Shown: positions 42,972-52,127 of the stretch, one piece after another
How the letters are laid out: the number at the start of each line of letters is the position of its first letter
Position numbering within the stretch: position 1 is the first letter of the stretch
Assembly: GCA_963555985.3 (NCBI GenBank)
Contig: OY820591.1
Span: 2,944,001-3,008,000 of the forward strand
DNA length: 64,000 bases
Direction of reading: 5' to 3'
Source of the DNA: Dehalococcoidia bacterium
Lineage (GTDB): Bacteria; Chloroflexota; Dehalococcoidia; Bin125
The notes under the pieces: generated by a model
The model's input: the letters and a program-made list of their open reading frames with translations, nothing else
Told to the model about the DNA's origin: nothing
Databases searched by the model: none
Position numbers and translations under genes: made by a program

Positions 42972-44270
42972 CTAGCGCTGCGCTTGTAGCGACTCGCCGG
43001 AACTGTGCGGCGCCCGCGGCGCGGGATAGTCGTCCGGATCGAAGGGGCGGTGGTAGAGGAATTGCATCAGTACGACACAGGCTTCGGTGTGCAGCAAGCG
43101 GGCGACATCCCATTGATCGGGAGCCGCCTCCCGGCGCAGGTCGTCGAGCCATGAGTAGCCGATGTCTTCCAGGTTGTCGAGCAGCGGCTGCTCACCTCTC
43201 GCTCGCATTGTCTTCAGCCGATAATCCACGCAGTCAACCAACGCTCTCCGGTTCGCCTCTTCGTTCGAGCTCAGGTAGACACTTCGCAGTACGATGAACC
43301 TCCAGAAATAGGCCCATGCGGCCGCTACATACGTGTCCTTCGGAGTCTCCGGCAACTTTCCCAAAGGGTTCGCCCCCATCACCATATCCCTCCATGTAAG
43401 CGTCATCTTCGACTGTTGCCGCAACTCAAGTGTGACGAGGCGATTGATCGTATCCCACACCGTCTTGCGAAACTTAGCGCTGTCTTGCGCCGCCTGCTTC
43501 TTGCGAAACTCATCGCCGTCTTGCGCCGCCTGCTTGTCCTCAGCACCCTTGCCCCCGGCACCCCGTGGCTTCAACCAATTCTTCCAAACCTGCTGCACCC
43601 GGTCCAAGTTGAAAAAAACCTTCGACAGATTCTTCACCGTCCCGTTCAGTTCCAGAAACTCCGCGAGCATATTCGCAAACGCCTTCGGCGGTTCCTGCGC
43701 AATCGCAACCGGCGGCCGCAACAGCGCTCGCGGCTTGCGGTACAGCAGCAGCATCACTACCCGCAACCCGACCTCCATCCGCAGCGAACGCTCGAACCCA
43801 AGCTCCAGCCGATCCCACTCATCCAGCCGATCGAACACCTCGTGCAGCATCTCACGGTACTCCGGCGGCAGCTCGGGGTGATTGAACCACGCCAACACAC
43901 CCCTAACCACACCCCGCTCAACCGCGTCAATGTCCGGAACGATGCTGAACGCTTCCTCAATCCCGGGCGCCATCCGGCTATCCGAACCTCGCCCACGCCC
44001 ACCCTCGTGGCGTTCCTCCCAAATCGCTTCCACCATCAACTTCACTCCCGGCCCGTCTAGGTCTGCGTAGGCGCCCATCTTGAGACTCAGCGCATCCACC
44101 ACCCAGGCGTCCAAATAGCTCAGCATCGCATCCGGGTCTTTCTCGGCGATCTCGTCTCCATGATCCTCAATCAACTCCCAATTCCGAGAACCCTTGATGA
44201 AGAAGAGCACGATCTGACGCGCAGTCAGGTCGAGCCAGTACTCAGCGTTGGGGTGAGCCGGACGTGTCAT
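42972..44270 (-). CDS. Hypothetical protein (orphan-like, possibly internally duplicated)
   Basis: Long natural-looking ORF; tandem 36-bp duplication at 43463-43534; start uncertain. Confidence 0.7.
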   Translation of the reverse strand: MTRPAHPNAEYWLDLTARQIVLFFIKGSRNWELIEDHGDEIAEKDPDAMLSYLDAWVVDALSLKMGAYADLDGPGVKLMVEAIWEERHEGGRGRGSDSRMAPGIEEAFSIVPDIDAVERGVVRGVLAWFNHPELPPEYREMLHEVFDRLDEWDRLELGFERSLRMEVGLRVVMLLLYRKPRALLRPPVAIAQEPPKAFANMLAEFLELNGTVKNLSKVFFNLDRVQQVWKNWLKPRGAGGKGAEDKQAAQDGDEFRKKQAAQDSAKFRKTVWDTINRLVTLELRQQSKMTLTWRDMVMGANPLGKLPETPKDTYVAAAWAYFWRFIVLRSVYLSSNEEANRRALVDCVDYRLKTMRARGEQPLLDNLEDIGYSWLDDLRREAAPDQWDVARLLHTEACVVLMQFLYHRPFDPDDYPAPRAPHSSGESLQAQR

Positions 44271-44402
44271 CGGTGTGTTCACGTTTGCGCTAGGGTAGCA
44301 GGCCACCAGATCCAAGCGCCGGCCAGCAGCGGCAGTTCCAACCAATCGCTCAACGCTCCTACATCACCCGAAAAACCCCCGCCGGAGGTACGCGCACGCT
44401 CG

Positions 44403-45131
44403 TTAGCTTGGAGACTCTCGCTCTCGCAGGCGGCGCAGTTCGGCTTCCAGTTCCAGGCGAGCGGCGCGTTCCGCGAGCAGCGCCGCGCGTTCGACTTCAA
44501 GCTGCTCTTGGAGGCTGTCCAAGGTGGGGATGTGCTCGCCGGTGGCGGGGTCGTACCAGCCGAGTTGGGGATCATCGCGCTCCCAGCGCAGCCAGAGGTT
44601 CAGCACCTGGCTCTCGCCTTGCAAGACGCCCGGCTCGAGCTCGATGATCTCGATCGGCTCATAGCGCTCGCCGACCAGCCGGTCGCCCGCCAGACCGACG
44701 CCGTAGAACTCAGCCGTGAAGTCATAGCGCCAGTACTCGGGGATGCCGAGGGCGGCGTACTCTTCGCGTTTTGGCCCCAGGTCGACGCCGGCGGTGCTCC
44801 GGGAGGCGACTTCGAGGACGAAGTCGGGCGGCTTGCCCTGCTCGGAGATCACGTAGCCGCCCGTTTCGAAGAAGAGCTCAACATCGACGTCGAAGGCGAT
44901 CATGATGTCGGGCCGGCGCAACGGTGTAAATCCGGGGTAGGCGGCGATCCACTCTTCGGCGACGAACAGGGTCGTATCGGGGTCGCCGAGATGCTTCGCC
45001 ACAATGTGCGAGTTGTGCGGATTGTGGACGTATCGGTAGGAGGTCACTTCGTCCGGCTCACGCTCCGGCGGGTCCGGCAGACGAAAGCGGACCAAAGTCT
45101 GGGTGGTTGGGTTGACATCAGCGCTGGACAT
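44403..45131 (-). CDS. Uma2 family (PD-(D/E)xK) endonuclease with C-terminal coiled coil
   Basis: PDIMIAF, GKPPDFVLEVASRST, KREEYAALGIPEYW. Confidence 0.9.
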   Translation of the reverse strand: MSSADVNPTTQTLVRFRLPDPPEREPDEVTSYRYVHNPHNSHIVAKHLGDPDTTLFVAEEWIAAYPGFTPLRRPDIMIAFDVDVELFFETGGYVISEQGKPPDFVLEVASRSTAGVDLGPKREEYAALGIPEYWRYDFTAEFYGVGLAGDRLVGERYEPIEIIELEPGVLQGESQVLNLWLRWERDDPQLGWYDPATGEHIPTLDSLQEQLEVERAALLAERAARLELEAELRRLRERESPS

Positions 45132-45184
45132 GTCGCTCCGCTTGGCCTCCTCAGTCTAGGGCGTGGGCGTGGGTGAATGAGCGC

Positions 45185-46330
45185 TCAGGCGAGGGCGCGT
45201 TGAGCCAACCCGCCGCCAGGCAACCTACCCAACTCCAACGCATAGCTCGACTCCCCCCGCATCACCCGAAAAAACGCCCGCCAGAGATAGTTCACCCAAT
45301 CCGACACCCGCAGCGCCAGCCACGGCCAGGTCGTCACACACCAGTAGTAGAGCCGCGAAATCGTCCGCGCCGCGTCCAACTCCGGCTGAATCTCCCGATT
45401 CACCGCCGCCGTATACGCCCCGGCCGCATCCCCGTCCGCCAAGACCGCATCGCCCGCCAGCCGCGCCGAATGCACCGCATACGCAATCCCCTCCGCCGTG
45501 AACTCGTCCGCCAGACCGGCCGCATCCCCGACCAGCAGCGCGTTCCCTTGCGCCACTGGCTCAGCCACAGAGCGCCGATAACGGATCGGATGCCCCTGCA
45601 CCTGCTCGATCCGCGCCTCCTCCAGCCCCAGACGATGCAGATACTGCTCCGCCTGACGCCGAATCCGCCGCCCCCGCTTGGGCGCAGTCACGACACCCAC
45701 CGACAGCCTCCCCTGCTTCGGGAACACCCAGCCGTAGCCCCACGGGCGGTAGCCCACATCCACATTCGCCGCCCGCTCCCAATGCGCCAGCGCCGCCGCC
45801 GGCGCGCCGACCTCCAACTCATAGGCCGCGCTCCGCGTCGGCGCAGCCGCAATCCCCAACTGCCGCGAGACAACCCCCGTCGCCCCGTCCGCCGCGATCA
45901 GCCGCCGACCCCGCTCAGTCCCGCGAGCGCTCTCAACCTCGATCCAGTCATCAACTTCGACAACCGACTGCACCGGACAGTCCTCACGCAGGACAGCCCC
46001 GGCCGCAACCGCCGCCTCAGCCAGATGCTGATCGAATCGATCCCGCATCACCATCCACGCAAGCGGTTTCGGCGAGGTCTTGCGAAACTGCGGAGCGCCC
46101 AGATTCGAGACGTCAATCGTATCCACAAACCCCTCCGCAACCCCCTCAATCCCAACCTCAAGCAGCCCCAACGTCCGAACCGGCACCCCGCCCCCGCAAG
46201 CCTTATACCGAGGCAGCGAGTGCCGCTCCAGCATCAGCGTCCGAGCGCCGCCCAACGCCAACCGCCGAGCCGCCGTCGCCCCCGCCGGCCCCGCCCCAAC
46301 CACAATCACGTCCCAAGCCGCGCCACTCAT
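45185..46330 (-). CDS. Geranylgeranyl reductase family flavoprotein
   Basis: DVIVVGAGPAG, PRYKACGGG, GYGWVFPK, LLVGDAAG...EGI. Confidence 0.9.
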   Translation of the reverse strand: MSGAAWDVIVVGAGPAGATAARRLALGGARTLMLERHSLPRYKACGGGVPVRTLGLLEVGIEGVAEGFVDTIDVSNLGAPQFRKTSPKPLAWMVMRDRFDQHLAEAAVAAGAVLREDCPVQSVVEVDDWIEVESARGTERGRRLIAADGATGVVSRQLGIAAAPTRSAAYELEVGAPAAALAHWERAANVDVGYRPWGYGWVFPKQGRLSVGVVTAPKRGRRIRRQAEQYLHRLGLEEARIEQVQGHPIRYRRSVAEPVAQGNALLVGDAAGLADEFTAEGIAYAVHSARLAGDAVLADGDAAGAYTAAVNREIQPELDAARTISRLYYWCVTTWPWLALRVSDWVNYLWRAFFRVMRGESSYALELGRLPGGGLAQRALA

Positions 46331-46375
46331 GCCGGCAGCCTACTCCCACCTCCCCCCCAAATCTCCCCCAAGAAA

Positions 46376-46421
46376 CCTCTCCCCCTTGAGGGGGAGATGC
46401 CCCGTAGGGGCAGAGGGGGTG
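46376..46421. repeat. Palindromic repeat, same family as the copy at about 23773
   Basis: CTCTCCCCC-ttga-GGGGGAGATGCCCC-gta-GGGGCAGAGGGG; its reverse complement resembles 23773-23806. Confidence 0.7.
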
Positions 46422-46555
46422 AGAACGCCACAACCCAAAAGAACCCACATTCGCCTTCCGACAACCACAACACACCCAACCAGTTTGTAACCCGAACATC
46501 AGAACATATAAACTCACCTATCCAAAACACAGGTTCCCAAGAAAGGAACAACCCC

Positions 46556-46930
46556 ATGCCCTTCCCCCACACCTACCAGTCCAGCATGACCGGCGTCGGC
46601 CAACTCGCCCACTCCGACGAAGCCGGACACGTCCGCATCAAAGCGCTCGCCCTCCTCATCCGCGAACTCTCCCCGTCCAACGCCAAGAGCCGCGAGATCC
46701 AGCACGCCCTCGACCTCGAACCCCACCCCGAACCCGCGCCCAAACCCAACCACTCCCCCCGCCTGCCCGAAACTCCGCTCACTCCTGAGCAGAAAAAGGA
46801 CTTCCACCTCCACCCGGACAGGGACGAGTTCTTCAAAGCCTACGAAAAGATCGACGCCATCATGCGCGGCGAAGACGTGCCCCCGATGGACGACGACGAC
46901 AGCCTCGAAGAAGAGGAAGAGCCGCAGTAA
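46556..46930 (+). CDS. Hypothetical protein
   Basis: ATG after AAAGGA; 124 aa with Pro-rich middle and acidic end. Confidence 0.55.
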   Translation: MPFPHTYQSSMTGVGQLAHSDEAGHVRIKALALLIRELSPSNAKSREIQHALDLEPHPEPAPKPNHSPRLPETPLTPEQKKDFHLHPDRDEFFKAYEKIDAIMRGEDVPPMDDDDSLEEEEEPQ

Positions 46931-47089
46931 TCCCCCGACCGCAAGCGGCAACCCCACCTCGTTTTTTTCTCACAGCCCCCGCGAGGCCGCGAACCGCGAC
47001 CGCCCAGTCCCTACCGTGCCCCGCTCCACGCCTTCCGGCTATACTGCCTGCGCCCGCGAGCGGCTGCGGGTGACGTGCAGGAGCGAGTC

Positions 47090-48271
47090 ATGGACTATCA
47101 ATTCACCGAATCCGACGAAACCTTCCGCAGCGAAGTCGTCGACTTCATCGACAACAACTGGGTCCCGCCCGAGGGTACGAACGAACCGGGCGACGACTCC
47201 TTCTACGAGGCCGAGCGCGCCTTCGAGAAGCGCGCCGCCTCCAAGGGCTGGCTGACGATGGCCTGGCCGGAGGAGTACGGCGGTCGCGGCGCCAGCCACA
47301 TCCAGCAGATGATCTACCGCGAGGAAGCCGCCTATCGCGGCGCGCCCGGCTCCGGCGGGCAAGGCATCTCGATGGTCGGCCCCTGTCTGATGCTGCACGG
47401 CACCGAGGCCCAGCGCCAGGAGCATCTGCCCCGGATCGCCAACGCCGAGTCCTACTGGGCCCAGGGCTTCTCCGAGCCGGGCAACGGCTCCGACCTCGCC
47501 GGCCTCCAGACCCGCGCCGTCCGCGACGGCGACGACTTCGTGATCAACGGCCAGAAGATCTGGACCTCAGGCGCGCACTACGCCGACTGGATCCACGTGC
47601 TCACCCGCACCGATCCCGAAGCGCCCAAGCATCGCGGCATCTCCTACTTCCTGCTCGACATGAACACCCCGGGCATCGAGGTGCGGCCATTAATCAACAT
47701 GCTCGGCGAACACGGCTTCAACGAGGTCTACTTCACCGATGTGCGCGTGCCCGCCAGCAACATGCTGGGCGAGTACAACCGCGGCTGGTATGTCGCCGCC
47801 ACCCTGCTCGACTTCGAGCGCTCCGGCGTCCAGTGGTCGGCCACCTCACGCAAGAGCGTCGAGCTGATGACCGAGTACGCCGCCGACCGCCCAGGCCGGC
47901 GCGGCGGCGCCACGCTGATCGACGACCCGGGCGTCCGCAACGGGCTCGCCAACCTGGCGATCGAGTCCGAGATCTCGAAGCTGATCTCCTATCGCGTAGT
48001 CTGGATGCAGTCCCAAGAGCTGGTCCCCAACCACGAAGCATCGATGTCGAAGATGTTCGGCTCCGAACTGGGCCAGCGCGTCGCCCGCTTCGGCGTCAAC
48101 ATGATGGGTCTGCACTCCCAGCGAATCGACCCCGATGATCCCGACGCACCGCTGGCGGCGAGAATCGGCCGCGCCTACATGTCCACCGTGCCCAGCACCA
48201 TCGCCGCCGGAACCTCAGAAATCCAGCGCAACATCATCGCCACCCGAGGCCTCCAACTCCCGCGCCAGTAG
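47090..48271 (+). CDS. Acyl-CoA dehydrogenase family protein
   Basis: WPEEYGGRG, QGFSEPGNGSDLA, NGQKIWTS, FNEVYF, GTSEIQRNII. Confidence 0.93.
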   Translation: MDYQFTESDETFRSEVVDFIDNNWVPPEGTNEPGDDSFYEAERAFEKRAASKGWLTMAWPEEYGGRGASHIQQMIYREEAAYRGAPGSGGQGISMVGPCLMLHGTEAQRQEHLPRIANAESYWAQGFSEPGNGSDLAGLQTRAVRDGDDFVINGQKIWTSGAHYADWIHVLTRTDPEAPKHRGISYFLLDMNTPGIEVRPLINMLGEHGFNEVYFTDVRVPASNMLGEYNRGWYVAATLLDFERSGVQWSATSRKSVELMTEYAADRPGRRGGATLIDDPGVRNGLANLAIESEISKLISYRVVWMQSQELVPNHEASMSKMFGSELGQRVARFGVNMMGLHSQRIDPDDPDAPLAARIGRAYMSTVPSTIAAGTSEIQRNIIATRGLQLPRQ

Positions 48272-48350
48272 CGAAGCTCGTGAAATTGTGCCATTGGTCA
48301 GAGATCATGGCATGATGGAACAAACGGGCTGGAGAGACCGGAGCAGAGCA

Positions 48351-48524
48351 ATGAGCGAGGAAAAGTCGGCAACTAGATCGCCGAAACGAGTGATGAGTGA
48401 CGATCTGTTTGAACAGATCGAGAAGGCTAGGGTGATCCGCGAGGAAACCGCGAAATCACGTGCGGGACGGCGCCTGATCGTGCCGTTTCGCGACGCGCTT
48501 CCGACAAAGCGAGTAGATCGTTGA
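48351..48524 (+). CDS. Small basic hypothetical protein coupled to the downstream protease
   Basis: 57 aa (MSEEKSATR...); its TGA overlaps the TTG start of the next gene; start uncertain. Confidence 0.45.
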   Translation: MSEEKSATRSPKRVMSDDLFEQIEKARVIREETAKSRAGRRLIVPFRDALPTKRVDR

Positions 48525-49387
48525 GTGATCCGGAGGTGGATTCGACCGGATTCAATGGTCCGTCTCGAACACCGTTGTTCGAGGCGGCTCATTCCGACCG
48601 GTACGCCCGGCAGCGGCTGATTCGCGAATACCAGGCTCGGTTTGGTTGCCGACTAGTGGCGCTCATCGGCGAGTTCGAACCGTACAGTGTTTCTGTCTTC
48701 GAGGAGACTCTGTACGACGCCGAGCCGAGCCAGAAGCTACACGTTCTGCTGAGAACCACGGGAGACGATGGCGAAGTCGCCTTACGTTTAGCTCGGCAAG
48801 CGCATGCCCGAACAAGTGAACTAACAGTCATTGTTCCCGACATCGCTAAGAGTGCGGGGACTTTGTTCGTGCTTGGCGCACATCGCATCCTCTTGGGGCC
48901 GACGAGCGACCTGGGGCCAACGGATCCTCAGTTCAGAAGGGCAGATGGCAGGCCAATCGCCGCCAAGTCCATCATCGCAGCTGTGGATTACGCATTAGAA
49001 GCTGTTGCGGAGCATCCTCAATCTCTTCAGCTGCATGCGGCGCTACTTGCGGAGACGACAGCGCTTGATGTCCAGCAAGCTAGGGATGCCATGGAGTATG
49101 CGGATGATCTTCTGATTGAGGCACTTGCATGTCAGCCGGAGCGGTCACTGACTGACGTGAAGTCGCTTGGCGAGCAGTTGAAAGAGCCACTCATTGGTGA
49201 ACCAAACGACCATGGAGCAAGTGTTTCCGCAGATCAAGCGCTCAAACTTGGGCTTCCGGTCGTGAAGCTGGATCCCCTAAGTGATCAATGGCGCATGATC
49301 TGGCGACTATGGACCAGATACTTCATTTTGGGCAAAGTGAGCGCTTACGAAAGCGAGCGCGCTTCTCACATCTTCGACGAGAGCTAG
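48521..49387 (+). CDS. ClpP-fold serine protease (SDH_sah-like)
   Basis: LHVLLRT.G, IVPDIAKSAGTL..LGA..I.LGPTSDLGPTDPQ, DHG; lower GC than flanks. Confidence 0.82.
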   Translation: MSDPEVDSTGFNGPSRTPLFEAAHSDRYARQRLIREYQARFGCRLVALIGEFEPYSVSVFEETLYDAEPSQKLHVLLRTTGDDGEVALRLARQAHARTSELTVIVPDIAKSAGTLFVLGAHRILLGPTSDLGPTDPQFRRADGRPIAAKSIIAAVDYALEAVAEHPQSLQLHAALLAETTALDVQQARDAMEYADDLLIEALACQPERSLTDVKSLGEQLKEPLIGEPNDHGASVSADQALKLGLPVVKLDPLSDQWRMIWRLWTRYFILGKVSAYESERASHIFDES

Positions 49388-49525
49388 CTGTTACCCCAGG
49401 ACAGACATTGGCAGGAATGCCGCGCAGCGGCCTACTCTGATTTTGCTCCTCGCAACAATAACCCCTACGTGCTCCTGCACGTGACCCACAGCGACTCCAA
49501 TCAGCACATCAGCAGTGTCCCAACG

Positions 49526-49645
49526 CCCCTCGCCACGCGCGTCGGCTGCGCCTACATGTCTTCGGTACCCAGCACGATCGTGGAGGGCATGTCGGAAGTC
49601 CAGCGCAACATCATCGCGACTCGCGGACGCCAACTCCTGCGCCAG
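49526..49645 (+). pseudogene. Diverged duplicate of the acyl-CoA dehydrogenase 3' end
   Basis: Encodes PLATRVGCAYMSSVPSTIVEGMSEVQRNIIATRGRQLLRQ; 30/40 aa identical to 48149-48268. Confidence 0.85.
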
Positions 49646-49723
49646 TTCGGACGCGACATCTACATGAAAACGCGGCACAATGGAGAGGACATCGAACCAG
49701 TAGCGAGAGGGCGGTGCTGCAAC

Positions 49724-50752
49724 ATGGATGATCAGCGCGACGACGCCCTCGACCTCATCCATCGCTATGGCCCCGAGTACGGCGGCGGACTTGCCAATCA
49801 TGCGCCGATGGCCGTTGACTCGTTGGTCGGCCTGGGCCGCTCCAGCGACGTCCCCGTCTGGCTCGACTGGTACAGCCGCTCGCTCGATGATCCCCCGCGT
49901 GGCTTCGGCCCCATTCCCACAGATGGCTGGCGAGAGTACCTCGGCCGCCACGACCGCTCCGCCGACTGGGTCGCCTTCTTCCAACGTGAAATCGACAGCG
50001 ACGGCTGGCAAGCTGCGCTCGGCGCCTGGGTTCCGCGTTTAATCCCCGGCCTGGCCGCTGCGGCGACCCACGGCGTCCTGCGCACCGCCCACGCCGTACG
50101 CGGACTCTCCGCCTCCGACACCCCCGCTCGCCGCCGCGAGCTCGCCGAAGGTCTGGGCTACTGGGCCGCCACCTGGCAGTCTCTGCCCGGAGAGCCGTCC
50201 GCCGCTGCTGCGCGCCTGTCTTCCGAAGCGATCACCGATGTCCCCCGCCTGCACGAACCCGGCTTCGTCATCGAGGGCATGATCACCGACGGGCTCCGCC
50301 AGATCGGCGACGATCCCGCCTTCGCCGGCCTGATCGATCTGGCTGTACCCGCTCAGCCCTCGGACTTCCTCTCCGATCTCACCCGCACCACCGCACGCTG
50401 GTTCCTGAGCGATCGCGCTGCTCCGATCGTCTTCGTTCACACTGTCACCGCGCCCTCAGCGCTGCGCTTTCTCACGCCCTATCTCTCCCCACAAACCGCT
50501 CAGCAGGCGTCGCGCTACGCCTGGCAAACCTGCGCCGCGCTCTACGCCTGGTACATGCTCGAAGAGCCGTCCTGGAAGCCAATGGACGAACCCGTGCACG
50601 ATCACGCCGACCTGATCGAGCGCGCCGTCGCCGCCCGCGGCCCGCACACGATCAAGTTCGTCGACGCCTGCCTGCGTGAGCACGCGCTCGAGCCCGATTC
50701 GGCCTACCTCTACGCCGCTGCCGCTGCCGCCGAGCGGGTCGGCGAATGGTGA
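49724..50752 (+). CDS. Questin oxidase family (DUF4243-like) protein
   Basis: GPEYGGGLANHAPMA, AAATHGVLRTAHA, ELAEGLGYWA, VHTVTAPSA, HTIKF; start moved to ATG 49724. Confidence 0.82.
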   Translation: MDDQRDDALDLIHRYGPEYGGGLANHAPMAVDSLVGLGRSSDVPVWLDWYSRSLDDPPRGFGPIPTDGWREYLGRHDRSADWVAFFQREIDSDGWQAALGAWVPRLIPGLAAAATHGVLRTAHAVRGLSASDTPARRRELAEGLGYWAATWQSLPGEPSAAAARLSSEAITDVPRLHEPGFVIEGMITDGLRQIGDDPAFAGLIDLAVPAQPSDFLSDLTRTTARWFLSDRAAPIVFVHTVTAPSALRFLTPYLSPQTAQQASRYAWQTCAALYAWYMLEEPSWKPMDEPVHDHADLIERAVAARGPHTIKFVDACLREHALEPDSAYLYAAAAAAERVGEW

Positions 50753-50766
50753 TCGAGGCGGTGTCG

Positions 50767-51261
50767 TTAGCGGGCGCTTCCGAGCAAATCTCCGACATGC
50801 TCTCGGACATGCCCTACGGCGACCCCGATCAGCACATCCAGCAGCGTCCCCTCAACCCCGCCCGCCGATCGGGTCGGCTGCAACAGCAGCGCCTCATCCG
50901 CAGCCCGAATCGCGTCAATCGTCTCCGCCCGGTTGCGCCGAAACTCGGTCAGCAGTTGCTCGACCGGCTGATCCTCGCGCCGCGCCACCTGCTTGGCGTT
51001 GTAGGCGTCCATGTCGAAACCGGCGCCGCCGCCCTGCGGGACATCGCCGCCCGCGGCGCGCTGCTCGGCGCGCTCGATCAGGCGCGGATACGTCCACTCG
51101 ATCGCCGCGATGTGGGCGAGCAGTTGTCGCGCGTTCCAGCCCTGCTCATACACCCCGCGCTCAAATGCCTCTGCCGGCAACTGCGCGACCGCCTCCTGAA
51201 ATTCTTCGCCGTCGCGTTGCAGCGCTGCGATCAACTCTTCGCGCGTCCGGATCTCGCTCAT
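50767..51261 (-). CDS. DinB/YfiT-like four-helix protein
   Basis: GWNARQLLAHI, C-terminal HVREH. Confidence 0.8.
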   Translation of the reverse strand: MSEIRTREELIAALQRDGEEFQEAVAQLPAEAFERGVYEQGWNARQLLAHIAAIEWTYPRLIERAEQRAAGGDVPQGGGAGFDMDAYNAKQVARREDQPVEQLLTEFRRNRAETIDAIRAADEALLLQPTRSAGGVEGTLLDVLIGVAVGHVREHVGDLLGSAR

Positions 51262-52121
51262 GACTCGGGCCACTCCGCTCCCGTCAGCTCGCATGAAGCT
51301 TCCCAGAGCCGCTCGCTGGCGGCAAGATCCCGCGCATGAGCGTTCAGCTGCTGCGCACGGTGACGGTTGTAGTACGCGCCCGCCTGACTCTTCCGGCCCG
51401 GTTCCGTCGCAAGCTCCACAATCGGGGCCGCCCCCTTCGCTTCGCTCAGCAGCAGCGGCTGGAGCAGTCGCCAGGTCACGCCCCACAGACCGGTCGCATC
51501 GCCGTCCGCGCCGAGCCGCGAGCGCACGCCGCCGGGATGCGCCGCGAACGCCGCCAGCCCCGAACCGAAGTAGCGCCGGTGCAGTCCCCGCGTGAACAGC
51601 ACGTTGGCCAGCTTGGAGACGGCATACGGATAGAACCCGCCCCAACGACGCTCCAGCTGCAAATCGTCGACCGGCATCGCCCCCGCCCGGCGGTAGAGCA
51701 TCGAACTGACGTTAATCACGCGCGGATCGCCGCTCTGGAGGATGTTCGGCAGCAACAGCGAGGTGAGCAGGAAGTGACCGAAATGGTTCACCTGCATCAT
51801 CATCTCGAGGCCGTCGTCGGTCACGGCGCGCTGGGAGCGATTCACGCCCGCGTTGTTGATCAAGACATCGATCTGCGTTTCGGCGTTGACCTGCGCCGCC
51901 GCTGCGCGCACCGACTCCAGGCTGGCAAGGTCGAGCATCACCAGCTCGACCTCCCCCGATCCGCTCGCGTCGGCGGCGGCGCGGCGGATGTCGCCGACCG
52001 CAGCCTCGCCGCGCTCGGGGCTGCGAGCAGTCGCCAACACCCGCCAGCCTTGCTGGACAAGGGCAGTCGCGGCCGCCTTGCCAATCCCGCTGTTCGCTCC
52101 GGTGATGAGTACAGTGGCCAT
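51258..52121 (-). CDS. Short-chain dehydrogenase/reductase (retinol dehydrogenase-like)
   Basis: TGANSGIG, LINNAG, NHFGHFLLT, YAVSK. Confidence 0.92.
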   Translation of the reverse strand: MATVLITGANSGIGKAAATALVQQGWRVLATARSPERGEAAVGDIRRAAADASGSGEVELVMLDLASLESVRAAAAQVNAETQIDVLINNAGVNRSQRAVTDDGLEMMMQVNHFGHFLLTSLLLPNILQSGDPRVINVSSMLYRRAGAMPVDDLQLERRWGGFYPYAVSKLANVLFTRGLHRRYFGSGLAAFAAHPGGVRSRLGADGDATGLWGVTWRLLQPLLLSEAKGAAPIVELATEPGRKSQAGAYYNRHRAQQLNAHARDLAASERLWEASCELTGAEWPES

Positions 52122-52127
52122 CGTCGA

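Noticed and set aside
45173-46555. 585-aa plus-strand ORF
   Set aside because: Antisense shadow of the GGR gene (Arg/Pro-rich); only the last 124 codons look genuine
48149-49645. ACAD tail duplication as a DGR template/variable repeat pair
   Set aside because: Mismatches are mostly third-position C/G changes, not adenine-specific; no reverse transcriptase in the window
49469-49723. N-terminal extension of the questin oxidase ORF (427-aa call)
   Set aside because: The extension is the ACAD remnant read in frame; family similarity begins at ATG 49724
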